Below, piece after piece: positions 45,130-54,594 of a stretch of DNA of 60,436 nt. The DNA comes from Acholeplasma sp. (GTDB taxonomy: Bacteria > Bacillota_I > Bacilli_A > Acholeplasmatales > UBA5453). The stretch is taken from contig JAVBWN010000013.1 in the NCBI GenBank assembly GCA_036677365.1, forward strand, positions 1 through 60,436, written 5' to 3'. The translations under genes and the position numbers were made by a program. Every line of letters starts with the position of its first letter. Within the stretch, counting starts at the first letter, position 1. The notes under the pieces were generated by a model that ran no database searches, had not been told where the DNA came from, and worked only from the letters and a program-made list of their open reading frames with translations.

Positions 45130-45303
45130 TTAGAGTACATATACCATGACAACCAATACACCCACCACCATAAAAGCAATCAGCATTTTAAACCATGGGT
45201 TTTTATTGGAGAAGCTGACGATGCGATCTGAAAATTTAAGTTGACCAAATTTACGAATTGGGTCTAGGATGAATGAACCGATTTGAACAATGATTTTTCT
45301 CAT
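45130..45303 (-). CDS. Unannotated 57-aa membrane microprotein
   Basis: Manual translation MRKIIVQIGSFILDPIRKFGQLKFSDRIVSFSNKNPWFKMLIAFMVVGVLVVMVYVL*; RBS AGGAGG; fills the gap after cdaA. Confidence 0.75.
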   Translation of the reverse strand: MRKIIVQIGSFILDPIRKFGQLKFSDRIVSFSNKNPWFKMLIAFMVVGVLVVMVYVL

Positions 45304-45312
45304 GTGACCCTC

Positions 45313-46050
45313 CTATTTCATAAACATGTTGAGATATTCGTATATCTTCTCTTTATCGTTGGCTTTCAACATGATGCCTTCAATCACGATGGAAATGGTG
45401 CCAGTTTCTTCGGATACAACGATGGTCAATGAATCCGATACTTCTGAAATACCTAAGGCCGCACGGTGTCTAGAGCCCATGGTTTTATCGTATTTGGTGG
45501 TTTCAGATAACACATAATACGCCCCTGCACAACGGATGGTGTCCCCACGGATGATGACCGCGCCATCGTGTAGTGGGGTGAGTGGGGTGAAAATATTGAT
45601 TAACAGTTCTTTCGATACTTGTGAGTTCATTTGAATGGCACGTTCAGCGTATTGGTCTAACGAACTGTGCTTTTCTACAGTGATTAATGCACCGATATTT
45701 TGACTGGATAAATAGGTAACAGCCTCAACAATGTGTTGTTTTGTTTCAGCAGAACCCATGGTTGCGACATCACGTTTAGAGTCAATGACGAATGCAGACT
45801 CAAAACTTTTACGAATGTCCGGGGACAGGATAACCACAAAGATAAGCGGAATCCACTCTTTTATATAACCTAAGATGGTAGCGGATATGACGAGTTCTAA
45901 TTGCTCCGCACCCCAAGTAACCACGTATAGGAATAGGATGAATAATAACATCCTAAAAACACGCTTGCTACTTAAGAAAAAGCTGAGTAAAAAAAAGACA
46001 ATCATCCATACAATATAGCCATCTAATAGGATCATTAACCAATCTTTCAT
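45313..46050 (-). CDS. cdaA: Diadenylate cyclase CdaA/DacA
   Basis: N-terminal TMs, PLHDGAV, RHRAALG, VSEETG. Confidence 0.92.
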   Translation of the reverse strand: MKDWLMILLDGYIVWMIVFFLLSFFLSSKRVFRMLLFILFLYVVTWGAEQLELVISATILGYIKEWIPLIFVVILSPDIRKSFESAFVIDSKRDVATMGSAETKQHIVEAVTYLSSQNIGALITVEKHSSLDQYAERAIQMNSQVSKELLINIFTPLTPLHDGAVIIRGDTIRCAGAYYVLSETTKYDKTMGSRHRAALGISEVSDSLTIVVSEETGTISIVIEGIMLKANDKEKIYEYLNMFMK

Positions 46051-46262
46051 AATTCCACTTCCTTCTCATTAATTATATCATAAGATTACAGGGATGAATC
46101 ACCGAATCTCACTGTATTCATTTAGCCTAATAAAGCGCATTTTAGAACTCTTCTATTTTGTAAAAATTTTCAAATATTATAGACACCAAAGTAAAACCGC
46201 TAAATAAAGACATATCTATGTAATCGGGCAAAAAAGCGGTTAAAAATTAATGCTTTTTTCTC

Positions 46263-46291
46263 TTGCTATTGATACCGAATACCTTTATAAT
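46263..46291 (+). promoter_or_regulatory. Sigma70-type promoter of nrdJ
   Basis: TTGCTA-17 bp-TATAAT. Confidence 0.7.
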
Positions 46292-46316
46292 CAAACATAC
46301 AAGGAAGGGTGTTTCT

Positions 46317-48839
46317 ATGAACTTATATTCGAAATCCTTAACGGATAAAATAAATCAAGATATCAAACAGTTTTACCCCCACTTATTTCCAATCACACCA
46401 GACATGCATATGGCATTCACAGGTGTGTCACGCTTGGTTATGCTTGACCGCTATACCCAAAAGGACTTGGCTTTAGTCACGTTAGGCGTCGGCGACTTGG
46501 TGGTTGCCATCATTAAACATGACCCTAAGTTCCCTGCAAGAGGGATTGGTTATGTCACCAAAATCGAAGAACACCATGTCCACATCAAAGTCGAAGAAGA
46601 ATTCATCGGTCAAATTGGTGATGACCACATCGATGGTGTTGTCAGACGTGAGAAGCGTGAAATCGAAAAACCATTAGAGCTTTACTACGAACAAATTGCG
46701 AAGCGCGTCGGTTCTAATTTAGGCGAAGGTGAACCTCAAGCCATCATCGACGAATTCGTTCATGAATTGAGTAACTTGCACTTAATTCCAGCGGGTCGTA
46801 TTTTATATGGCGCTGGGTCAAAATCTAAAGTAACCTATTTCAACTGCTATGTTATGCCATTCATCGAGGACTCTCGTGAAGGTTTGGCCTTACACCGTAA
46901 AGAAGTCATGGAAATCATGGCTCGTGGTGGTGGCGTTGGTACCAACGGTTCAACCTTAAGACCAAAAAATGCTTTAGCTAAAGGTGTAAATGGTAAATCC
47001 TCTGGGTCTGTCTCATGGCTTCATGACTTGGCACAACTCACCCACTTGGTTGAACAAGGGGGTTCAAGACGTGGTGCGCAAATGATCATGCTTGCGGACT
47101 GGCATCCAGATATCATTGAATTCATCATTTCGAAAATGCAAAACCCACGTATCCTTCGTTTCTTGATCGATAATAGTAAAGATGAAACCATCATCAAAAT
47201 GGCGAAAGATAAACTCAAATTTAAACCGTTATCTACCGACAAGTATAATATGTATCAACAGATCATCCAATTGTCAGACATCAACCCACACTTCTTCTCA
47301 GCCTCTGTCGTCGATGAAGCGAAGCGTTTGGTTAACGATGGTGGCGAATACGATGTCCAAAACCCGGATTTCTTAACCGGTGCGAATATTTCGGTGGCCA
47401 TCACCAAAGATTTCATGGAAGCCGTTGAAAAAGACGCCATCTATGATTTAAAATTCCCTGACTTGGATAGTTATACCAAAGAACAAAAAGCTTTTTATGA
47501 TAGAGAATGGAAAAACATCGGTGACGTTCGTGAATTTGAACGTTTGGGCTACCCTAGCCGTGTTTACCACCAAATTAGAGCACGTGAACTTTGGAATTTA
47601 ATCAACGTCTGTGCTACATACTCCGCAGAACCTGGTATTTTCTTCATTGACAATGCAAATGACAATACCAACGCTACCTCTTATGGTCAAAAAGTCGTCT
47701 GTACCAACCCATGTGGTGAACAACCACTTGCACCATATTCGGTTTGTAACCTCGCTGCGATCAACCTCGCAACCATGGTTGACCCGAAGACCCATGAAGT
47801 CTTGTGGGATCAATTGGGTAGAACCGTTAAGAATGCGATTCGTATGCAAGATAATGTGATCGACCAAACCTATTATTTCTTGGAACAAAACAAACAACAA
47901 GCGTTGGGTGAACGTCGTATAGGTATGGGCGTCATGGGCTTACATGACTTACTCATCTATGCGAACAAACGCTATGGTTCACACGATGGTAACATCTTGG
48001 TAGACAAACTCTTCAAGTTTATCGCAACCAAAGCGTATGAAACATCGATTGAACTTGCTAAAGAAAAAGGCTCATTCCCATTCTTAGAACAATATGGTTC
48101 TAGAGAAGCCTTCGTCAAAGGTAGATTCATTCAAAAACTACCTGCACACGTTCAAAAAGGCATTCTTGAACACGGGATTCGTAACTCTCACCTACTCACC
48201 ATCGCACCTACAGGTTCGACAGGTACCATGGTCGGGGTCTCAACCGGTCTTGAACCATACTTCGCGTTTACCTATTTCCGCAGTGGGCGCTTAGGTAAAT
48301 ACATTGAAGTCAATGCGAACATCGTAGAAACATTCTTAGAGTTACACCCTGAATACACTAAAAATACCTTACCAAACATCTTCGTTCCAGCCATGGAACT
48401 TGCGCCTGAAGAACATGCCGATGTGCAATGCATCATTCAATATTGGGTAGACTCCTCCATTTCTAAAACCGTCAATGCCCCTAAAGGCTACACCGTTGAA
48501 GAAGTTGAACGTGTCTACATGCGTCTATACAAAGGTGGCGCTAAGGGCGGTACCGTCTATGTCGATGGTTCACGTGATGCCCAAGTATTGAGCTTGAAGA
48601 AAGAATCCGATACCCCTGTTCAAGTGGAACTTTCAGACCTAGGTGTTCAAATGCCTGGTGCACAAAGTCAAACCCACAACGACGCCATCGCGACACCATT
48701 GCGTGGTGACCGCCAAGACCGTGAAATCGGTGTTGAAGTTGGTAACCTCTGCCCAATTTGTCGTGAAGGTACCGTTCAAGATGTGGGTGGATGTCACACT
48801 TGTACCAACTGTGGTGCACAACTTAAATGTGGATTGTAG
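46317..48839 (+). CDS. nrdJ: Class II (adenosylcobalamin-dependent) ribonucleotide reductase (start ATG 46317)
   Basis: PAGR, FNCYV, QGGSRRGAQM, NPCGEQ, APTGS, C-terminal CPIC..CTNC; no nrdB nearby. Confidence 0.9.
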   Translation: MNLYSKSLTDKINQDIKQFYPHLFPITPDMHMAFTGVSRLVMLDRYTQKDLALVTLGVGDLVVAIIKHDPKFPARGIGYVTKIEEHHVHIKVEEEFIGQIGDDHIDGVVRREKREIEKPLELYYEQIAKRVGSNLGEGEPQAIIDEFVHELSNLHLIPAGRILYGAGSKSKVTYFNCYVMPFIEDSREGLALHRKEVMEIMARGGGVGTNGSTLRPKNALAKGVNGKSSGSVSWLHDLAQLTHLVEQGGSRRGAQMIMLADWHPDIIEFIISKMQNPRILRFLIDNSKDETIIKMAKDKLKFKPLSTDKYNMYQQIIQLSDINPHFFSASVVDEAKRLVNDGGEYDVQNPDFLTGANISVAITKDFMEAVEKDAIYDLKFPDLDSYTKEQKAFYDREWKNIGDVREFERLGYPSRVYHQIRARELWNLINVCATYSAEPGIFFIDNANDNTNATSYGQKVVCTNPCGEQPLAPYSVCNLAAINLATMVDPKTHEVLWDQLGRTVKNAIRMQDNVIDQTYYFLEQNKQQALGERRIGMGVMGLHDLLIYANKRYGSHDGNILVDKLFKFIATKAYETSIELAKEKGSFPFLEQYGSREAFVKGRFIQKLPAHVQKGILEHGIRNSHLLTIAPTGSTGTMVGVSTGLEPYFAFTYFRSGRLGKYIEVNANIVETFLELHPEYTKNTLPNIFVPAMELAPEEHADVQCIIQYWVDSSISKTVNAPKGYTVEEVERVYMRLYKGGAKGGTVYVDGSRDAQVLSLKKESDTPVQVELSDLGVQMPGAQSQTHNDAIATPLRGDRQDREIGVEVGNLCPICREGTVQDVGGCHTCTNCGAQLKCGL

Positions 48840-48846
48840 TATAATT

Positions 48847-48875
48847 AAGAATAGCCGCGTGCTATTCTTTTTTTT
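48847..48875 (+). terminator. Terminator of nrdJ
   Basis: AAGAATAGC-cgcgt-GCTATTCTTTTTTTT. Confidence 0.8.
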
Positions 48876-48887
48876 GGTGGTGATACA

Positions 48888-50141
48888 ATGGATAGAGCAT
48901 TATTGGTGGGTTTAGATTTAGGCGATTATGATATGAAGCAGTCCATGAACGAACTTTGTAGTTTGGTTGAAACACTTGAGATTCAAGTGGTAGATCAATT
49001 CGTTCAAAAAGCCAGTTTACCTAATGGTCGTACTTATATTGGTACAGGTAAAGTGGATGAATTAAAGAAAGCCATTGAGGTGCTCGATATCGATATCGTG
49101 ATTTTTAACGATGAGTTATCCCCGGCACAAATAAGAAACTTAGAGAAAGAACTTGAAGTTCAAATTATGGACAGGAGTTTTTTAATTTTACAGATTTTCT
49201 CCAAACGTGCACAAACCAAAGAAGCATTTTTGGAAGTTTCACTCGCACAACAACGTTACATGTTACCAAGATTGATTGGTTTATCCTCCAGCTTATCTCG
49301 TCAAGGTGGGGGTTCGTTCAACGCTAAAGGGGCTGGTGAAACCCAACTTGAACTGGATCGTAGACGTATTGATGCGAATATTGTTCAACTTGAACGTGAA
49401 CTCGATAAGATTAAAAAAGAAAAAGAAACGGCTAGAAAACGCCGTCAAAATAACGAGATTCCAATGGTATCCTTGGTTGGTTATACCAACGTTGGTAAAT
49501 CAGCAACCATGAATGCCATCCTCGATTATATCCTTAAAGTTGTCGATAAAAATGTGGTTGAAAAAGACATGCTGTTCGCAACCCTTTCAACCTTTTCTAG
49601 ACGAATCAAACCAGAAAAGAAACCAGAATTCATCTTAACCGATACCGTCGGGTTTGTTTCAAGACTCCCACACGATTTGGTCCGTTCGTTTGAATCTACC
49701 TTGAGTGAAGTCAAACATGCTGATTTGATACTTTATGTGATGGATGGGTCAAGTTCACTTGCACCGATGCAAATCGAAACAACTTCTTCTGTATTGAAAA
49801 CACTAGAAGCCGACCAAATCCCGCATCTTTATGTGTTAACCCATAAAGATATGATGTTTACAGACCATGTCGGTTATTACCATGACATCGCTATTTCAAA
49901 TAAAACCTATGAAAACATCGATCGCTTGGTTGACCTCATTTATCAAAAGACGTATGGTAAAAAGGTTGTTGTTACACTCAACATCCCTTACAGTGAACAT
50001 GGTGTTTTACATCACCTTGAAACAGATACCAACATCCTATCGAAAGTCTATACCGATGCCGGCACTGAAGTCTTGGTTGAACTGTATGAAAAGCAACTAA
50101 AACAATTTTTTAATTACTACAAAAAAGACATCATCTTATGA
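48888..50141 (+). CDS. hflX: GTPase HflX
   Basis: IG.GK..E, LSRQGGG, GETQLELDRR, GYTNVGKS, LFATL, DTVGF. Confidence 0.95.
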   Translation: MDRALLVGLDLGDYDMKQSMNELCSLVETLEIQVVDQFVQKASLPNGRTYIGTGKVDELKKAIEVLDIDIVIFNDELSPAQIRNLEKELEVQIMDRSFLILQIFSKRAQTKEAFLEVSLAQQRYMLPRLIGLSSSLSRQGGGSFNAKGAGETQLELDRRRIDANIVQLERELDKIKKEKETARKRRQNNEIPMVSLVGYTNVGKSATMNAILDYILKVVDKNVVEKDMLFATLSTFSRRIKPEKKPEFILTDTVGFVSRLPHDLVRSFESTLSEVKHADLILYVMDGSSSLAPMQIETTSSVLKTLEADQIPHLYVLTHKDMMFTDHVGYYHDIAISNKTYENIDRLVDLIYQKTYGKKVVVTLNIPYSEHGVLHHLETDTNILSKVYTDAGTEVLVELYEKQLKQFFNYYKKDIIL

Positions 50142-50142
50142 C

Positions 50143-50178
50143 AAAAATGACCCTGAAATCATATCAGGGTCATTTCTT
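50143..50178. terminator. Bidirectional terminator between hflX and dusB
   Basis: AAATGACCCTGA.../...TCAGGGTCATTT. Confidence 0.75.
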
Positions 50179-51163
50179 TTGGATGTTCAATTTCATGACT
50201 GAAATACGTATCGATAATGTCAACAAATTCAGCCCATGTCTTAACTTTGGATATCTTATCTTTGGTTTCTTTGGCGTTATGTAGGCCTTTGAAATACCAC
50301 GTGCCTTGGCCACGCATTTGTAACATCGCGAGGTGTTCACCTTTCAAATCCATTAAAGATTTACCGTGTTCTAAAATCATTTGTTTGATTTCCAATAAAG
50401 AAGGTTTTGGGGCTTCTTCACCGGTTTGTAAATAATGATTGATTTCGTAGAAAATCCAAGGGTTACCTAAAGCGGCTCTACCCACCATCACTGCGTCTAC
50501 GCCTGTGTAATCCAGCATGCGCTTCGCTGAAGGACCATCTTTGATGTCTCCATTGCCTATGACAGGGATCTTTACCGCAGCTTTAACTGCTTTGATCACA
50601 TCTAAATCCGCTAATCCTGTATACATTTGGCTTCGGGTTCGCCCATGAATCGTAATCGCACTGGCCCCAGCGGCTTCTGCTTTTCTTGCAATCTCCACCG
50701 CATTGATGCACGTGTGGTCCCAACCCGCCCGAATCTTGACTGTGACTGGTTTGGATACATTGGCTTTGATGGCTTTAATGATATCATATACTTTATCTGG
50801 GTCTTTGAGTAAGGCAGCACCGGCTTGAGCGCGCTGTGCTACTTTAGGCACAGGACAACCCATGTTGATGTCGATGATGTCACAGTCTGTATGTTGGTCA
50901 ACATACTTCGCTGCTTCGACCATCGTATCGATATCAGACCCAAATATTTGTTGGGCATAGGGGTGTTCTCCGGGTACGGAAGCCAGTAAGTCTTTGGTTT
51001 TTTCATTGTCGTGTGTGAGGCCTTTGTCGGATACCATCTCTGCGAATACAACCCCAGCCCCTAAGTTTCTCGATATTAAACGAAACGAAGCGTTCGATAC
51101 CCCAGCCATTGGTGCGAGGACGACCTTCGAATCGACGTTTATTTTGTCAATTTTAAATCCCAT
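50159..51163 (-). CDS. dusB: tRNA dihydrouridine synthase (start ATG 51163)
   Basis: LAPMAG, DINMGCP, HGRT, GNGDI, GNPW. Confidence 0.93.
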   Translation of the reverse strand: MGFKIDKINVDSKVVLAPMAGVSNASFRLISRNLGAGVVFAEMVSDKGLTHDNEKTKDLLASVPGEHPYAQQIFGSDIDTMVEAAKYVDQHTDCDIIDINMGCPVPKVAQRAQAGAALLKDPDKVYDIIKAIKANVSKPVTVKIRAGWDHTCINAVEIARKAEAAGASAITIHGRTRSQMYTGLADLDVIKAVKAAVKIPVIGNGDIKDGPSAKRMLDYTGVDAVMVGRAALGNPWIFYEINHYLQTGEEAPKPSLLEIKQMILEHGKSLMDLKGEHLAMLQMRGQGTWYFKGLHNAKETKDKISKVKTWAEFVDIIDTYFSHEIEHPKEMTLI

Positions 51164-51258
51164 GTCTATAACAACCTTTCCATAGTATTGTATCATAACA
51201 GTGTAATTATTCAACAAAGTTGGCACTTGTGGTAAAATGATTTTCGAGGTGTTCTTTT

Positions 51259-52140
51259 ATGAAAGATTATTGTTTAATTTCTACTGCCTATCAAGGTGAA
51301 GCACGTATATATGTATCCTATTCTAGAACTTTAGTTGAAAAAGCGCGAACCACACATGGCACTTGGCCAACCGCGTCTGCTGCTTTGGGTCGCTTTTTAA
51401 CCGTTTCTGCAATGATGGGTTTGATGTTAAAAGACGGCGAATCCACCACACTGAAAATTGAAGGGGACGGTCCAATCGAATATATGCTAGTTGAAACCAA
51501 CGCACAGGGTGAGGTTCGTGGCGATATCAAAAACCCTGAAGTATATCTGACTTATAACCATGGCCCAAAAGCCGGAAAGCTTGCGGTAGGTAAAGCCGTG
51601 GGTAATGGTTATTTACATGTGACCAAAGATTTGAAAATGCGCCACAATTTCACATCCAGTATTGAGCTTGAAACCGGGGAAATTGGGGATGATTTTACCT
51701 ATTACTTCACCTCGTCTGAACAAACCCCTTCGGCGGTCGGTTTAGGCGTGTTGGTCGATACCGATCAATCGATTAAACAAGCGGGTGGTTTCATCGTTCA
51801 ATTGTTGCCGAATGCTTCTGAACAAACCATCACACAAATCGAAAAAGTATTGGCTAATATTAAAGCCGTAACTGAACTCTTTGAACAAGGCTTGTCTGTT
51901 GAAGACATCACCGATATTTTATCAAACGGTACAGCGAAAAAGTTATCGGAACACGACATCGCTTATGTTTGTCGTTGTTCAAAGGATAAATTCGCCAAAT
52001 CCTTAGAAAAATTGGATGCGAAAACCATCCAAACATTCATCGAGGAAGATCATGGGGCTGAAATCGTTTGTCACTTTTGTAAAACCAAATACCACTTTAC
52101 TGAGGAAGAACTCAAAAAAATTCATGTAGAAAAGCACTAA
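51259..52140 (+). CDS. hslO: Hsp33 redox-regulated chaperone
   Basis: SEQTPS, GGFIVQLLP, CRCS...CHFC Zn centre. Confidence 0.95.
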   Translation: MKDYCLISTAYQGEARIYVSYSRTLVEKARTTHGTWPTASAALGRFLTVSAMMGLMLKDGESTTLKIEGDGPIEYMLVETNAQGEVRGDIKNPEVYLTYNHGPKAGKLAVGKAVGNGYLHVTKDLKMRHNFTSSIELETGEIGDDFTYYFTSSEQTPSAVGLGVLVDTDQSIKQAGGFIVQLLPNASEQTITQIEKVLANIKAVTELFEQGLSVEDITDILSNGTAKKLSEHDIAYVCRCSKDKFAKSLEKLDAKTIQTFIEEDHGAEIVCHFCKTKYHFTEEELKKIHVEKH

Positions 52141-52162
52141 AAGCCATCTAACGATGGTTTTT
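52139..52162 (+). terminator. Terminator of hslO
   Basis: AAAAGCCATC-taac-GATGGTTTTT. Confidence 0.7.
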
Positions 52163-52249
52163 TACATGTTTTTTTAATAATTGGAACGATTGTCCTTGTT
52201 CAAAATGGATGTGGTGATATAATAATACAAAAGATTGGGAGATGGTCTT

Positions 52250-53899
52250 ATGAAAAAGACCCAACTATGGTGGTTCTTATTCATCTTCTTCCTTACAGGC
52301 TGTCAAGCTGTACCTTCATCACAAACCGAGTTTGAGTTTACATTCGAAACGGTGAATGAACAGGTATACATCACCGGTTATGTCGGGAAGATACCGAAAA
52401 TTATAACCCTACCAGCGAAATATGAGAATGCCTCTGTGTATGGCATCAAAAAAGATGCCTTTAGACTCGCAAAAGTAGAAAAAGTCACCCTACCAGCTTC
52501 GATTGAAGTCATCGAATCCGGTGCCTTTTATGCGGCTAAATTGAACGAAATTACATTCCCAGACAATTCAAAATTAAAGATTATTCAAAGTTATGCTTTT
52601 GCTTATACACAACTCATCGAAATTGAAATTCCTGACACTGTGGTTTCATTTGGTGACTATGCTTTTACCCACAGTACACTTGAAGAAGTCATATTCAAAC
52701 CTGATTCACAATTAAAAACCATTGGAAAATACGCTTTTTATAATAATGTCATGCTGAATTTCATGGAACTACCCAATCAAGTGGTCACCATAGATGATTA
52801 CGCCTTTTATGCAGCATTTAAATTATCATTCATCACCATACCAGCTACTGTTACGAAAATTGGTGTGGATGCTTTTGGTTATACACGTTTATTGAACCGA
52901 ATTGTTGTGGATGAAAACAATCCTAACTTTCAAGATATTCGTGGAGTTTTATTGAGTAAAGATGGGGTTCGATTGATTCATTATCCATCGAATCACTTGG
53001 AAAGAAAATATACATTACCAGATTCTGTGGTCGTCATCGAGGAACGCGCTTTTATGGGGTCACGCATCGAACAGATTACATTTACACCTGAAACGCGATT
53101 GAGAACCATCGGTAAAATGGCCTTCAAACAAACCAGATTAAAAGGTAATTTGCATATCCCACAAGGTGTCACCGCGATATATGAAGAGGCTTTCTACACG
53201 AAAGACATCAAGTCTGCATTTGTCCCGAATTCGGTGACATACATTGGTGAAAATGCATTCGAAAAGTTTTACATCCAAAACATATTTGTTGAATTTGAAG
53301 AAAATTCAATCAATAAAACCAATGCTTTGAATTTCGTGATTGGCAATGTATTTTATCAAGCAACCTATGGTGAAACTGCACAGTTCTCATACATTAAGTT
53401 CCCTACAGAAATTTATGTCTATGAGTACATTCAAATGCCTGTAACTTATGATGTTACCATCCCTGATACCATTGAAGGGTTACCTGTAACAAGAATTATG
53501 TCCAGTGCTTTTATGAACTCTTTCATCACGAAAATTACCATAGGTATCCATGTCGAAGTTATCCACAGCCGTGCCTTTCTGAATGCTGAAAAGCTACACG
53601 ATGTTGTTTTTGTACCGGGCTCAAAAATGAAATCCATCAATGGTTTCTCGTTCTATGGTACCGATGCTTTGAATGAATTGGTATTGCCCGAAGGGTTAAC
53701 CACCATTCAATTTGGTGCATTTATGAGTACTGGATTAGAATACATATATATCCCTAACAGTGTAACAAATGTCGCTATGAATGTATTTTTGGATAATCCA
53801 ACGCTAACAATTTATACTTCACACATCACATTACCTGCCACATGGGACCCGGCATTTAACCCTGACAATGTCCCAATTATTTACAACACCACGCCATGA
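52250..53899 (+). CDS. BspA-type leucine-rich-repeat lipoprotein (start ATG 52250)
   Basis: Lipobox LTGC; many ~23-aa L..I.IP..V..IG..AF repeats; extended -10 TGATATAAT upstream. Confidence 0.9.
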   Translation: MKKTQLWWFLFIFFLTGCQAVPSSQTEFEFTFETVNEQVYITGYVGKIPKIITLPAKYENASVYGIKKDAFRLAKVEKVTLPASIEVIESGAFYAAKLNEITFPDNSKLKIIQSYAFAYTQLIEIEIPDTVVSFGDYAFTHSTLEEVIFKPDSQLKTIGKYAFYNNVMLNFMELPNQVVTIDDYAFYAAFKLSFITIPATVTKIGVDAFGYTRLLNRIVVDENNPNFQDIRGVLLSKDGVRLIHYPSNHLERKYTLPDSVVVIEERAFMGSRIEQITFTPETRLRTIGKMAFKQTRLKGNLHIPQGVTAIYEEAFYTKDIKSAFVPNSVTYIGENAFEKFYIQNIFVEFEENSINKTNALNFVIGNVFYQATYGETAQFSYIKFPTEIYVYEYIQMPVTYDVTIPDTIEGLPVTRIMSSAFMNSFITKITIGIHVEVIHSRAFLNAEKLHDVVFVPGSKMKSINGFSFYGTDALNELVLPEGLTTIQFGAFMSTGLEYIYIPNSVTNVAMNVFLDNPTLTIYTSHITLPATWDPAFNPDNVPIIYNTTP

Positions 53900-53916
53900 T
53901 TATGGGGTGGTTTTTT
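53887..53916 (+). terminator. Terminator after the LRR gene
   Basis: ACCACGCCAT.../...ATGGGGTGGTTTTTT. Confidence 0.65.
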
Positions 53917-53930
53917 GAAAAAAAAGAAGC

Positions 53931-54491
53931 CTATTTGGCTTCTTCAAAGCATTTGAGTTCTTGTAATAGTGTTTTTAGTGGCAACCCAACAATTGTAAAG
54001 AAATCTCCACTGTAATGGTCAACGAACTGCTCACCTAACCCTTGAATCGCATAAGAACCGGCTTTATCCATCGGTTCACCTGTTTTGATGTACTCATAAA
54101 TTTGTAAATCGTTATAATTTTTCATCCATACTTCAGCCATGGTGTAGAATATAACTTCTTTTTGGCTACTTAAGATGCATACCCCGGTGTAAACCTCATG
54201 TTTATCGTCATCAAGTAATTTGAGCATTCGATAGGCATCGGCTTCATCTTTGGGTTTGCCCAAGACTTCGGAATCTTTCACAACGATGGTATCCGCGGCG
54301 ATGATGATGTCGTTCGGTTTATGTTCCAAAACGGCCATCGCTTTTCTTTTGGCAAGCATCATCACCAGTTTTTCTGGTTTCATTTTTTCATTGACGGTTT
54401 CATCCACATTGAGTGCGAAAACTTCGAATTCGACACCGGCGTCTTCGAGTAATTTCTTTCGTCTCGGTGAATTGCTGGCTAATATATACAT
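53931..54491 (-). CDS. maf: Maf family nucleoside triphosphate pyrophosphatase
   Basis: LASNSPRR, ADTIV, GKP, DKAGSYAIQG, VGLP. Confidence 0.93.
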   Translation of the reverse strand: MYILASNSPRRKKLLEDAGVEFEVFALNVDETVNEKMKPEKLVMMLAKRKAMAVLEHKPNDIIIAADTIVVKDSEVLGKPKDEADAYRMLKLLDDDKHEVYTGVCILSSQKEVIFYTMAEVWMKNYNDLQIYEYIKTGEPMDKAGSYAIQGLGEQFVDHYSGDFFTIVGLPLKTLLQELKCFEEAK

Positions 54492-54594
54492 ATAGTCCCT
54501 CCAATTAATTCATTATAGCATAAATTCAAAAACCACAATCTGAAAAATTAAATTGACCTCTATGATATAATAATGAGTTGAAAAGAGGGGTTCT

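Noticed and set aside
46209..46222. Imperfect palindrome ACATATCTATGT upstream of nrdJ as an NrdR box
   Set aside because: Poor fit to the 16-bp NrdR consensus and no tandem second box
16065..50610. 9-nt matches (CTAAATCCG) to the TnpB guide seed near 16065, 34791 and 50602
   Set aside because: Too short, inside CDSs and with no shared adjacent TAM; not evidence for a regulatory (TldR-like) target
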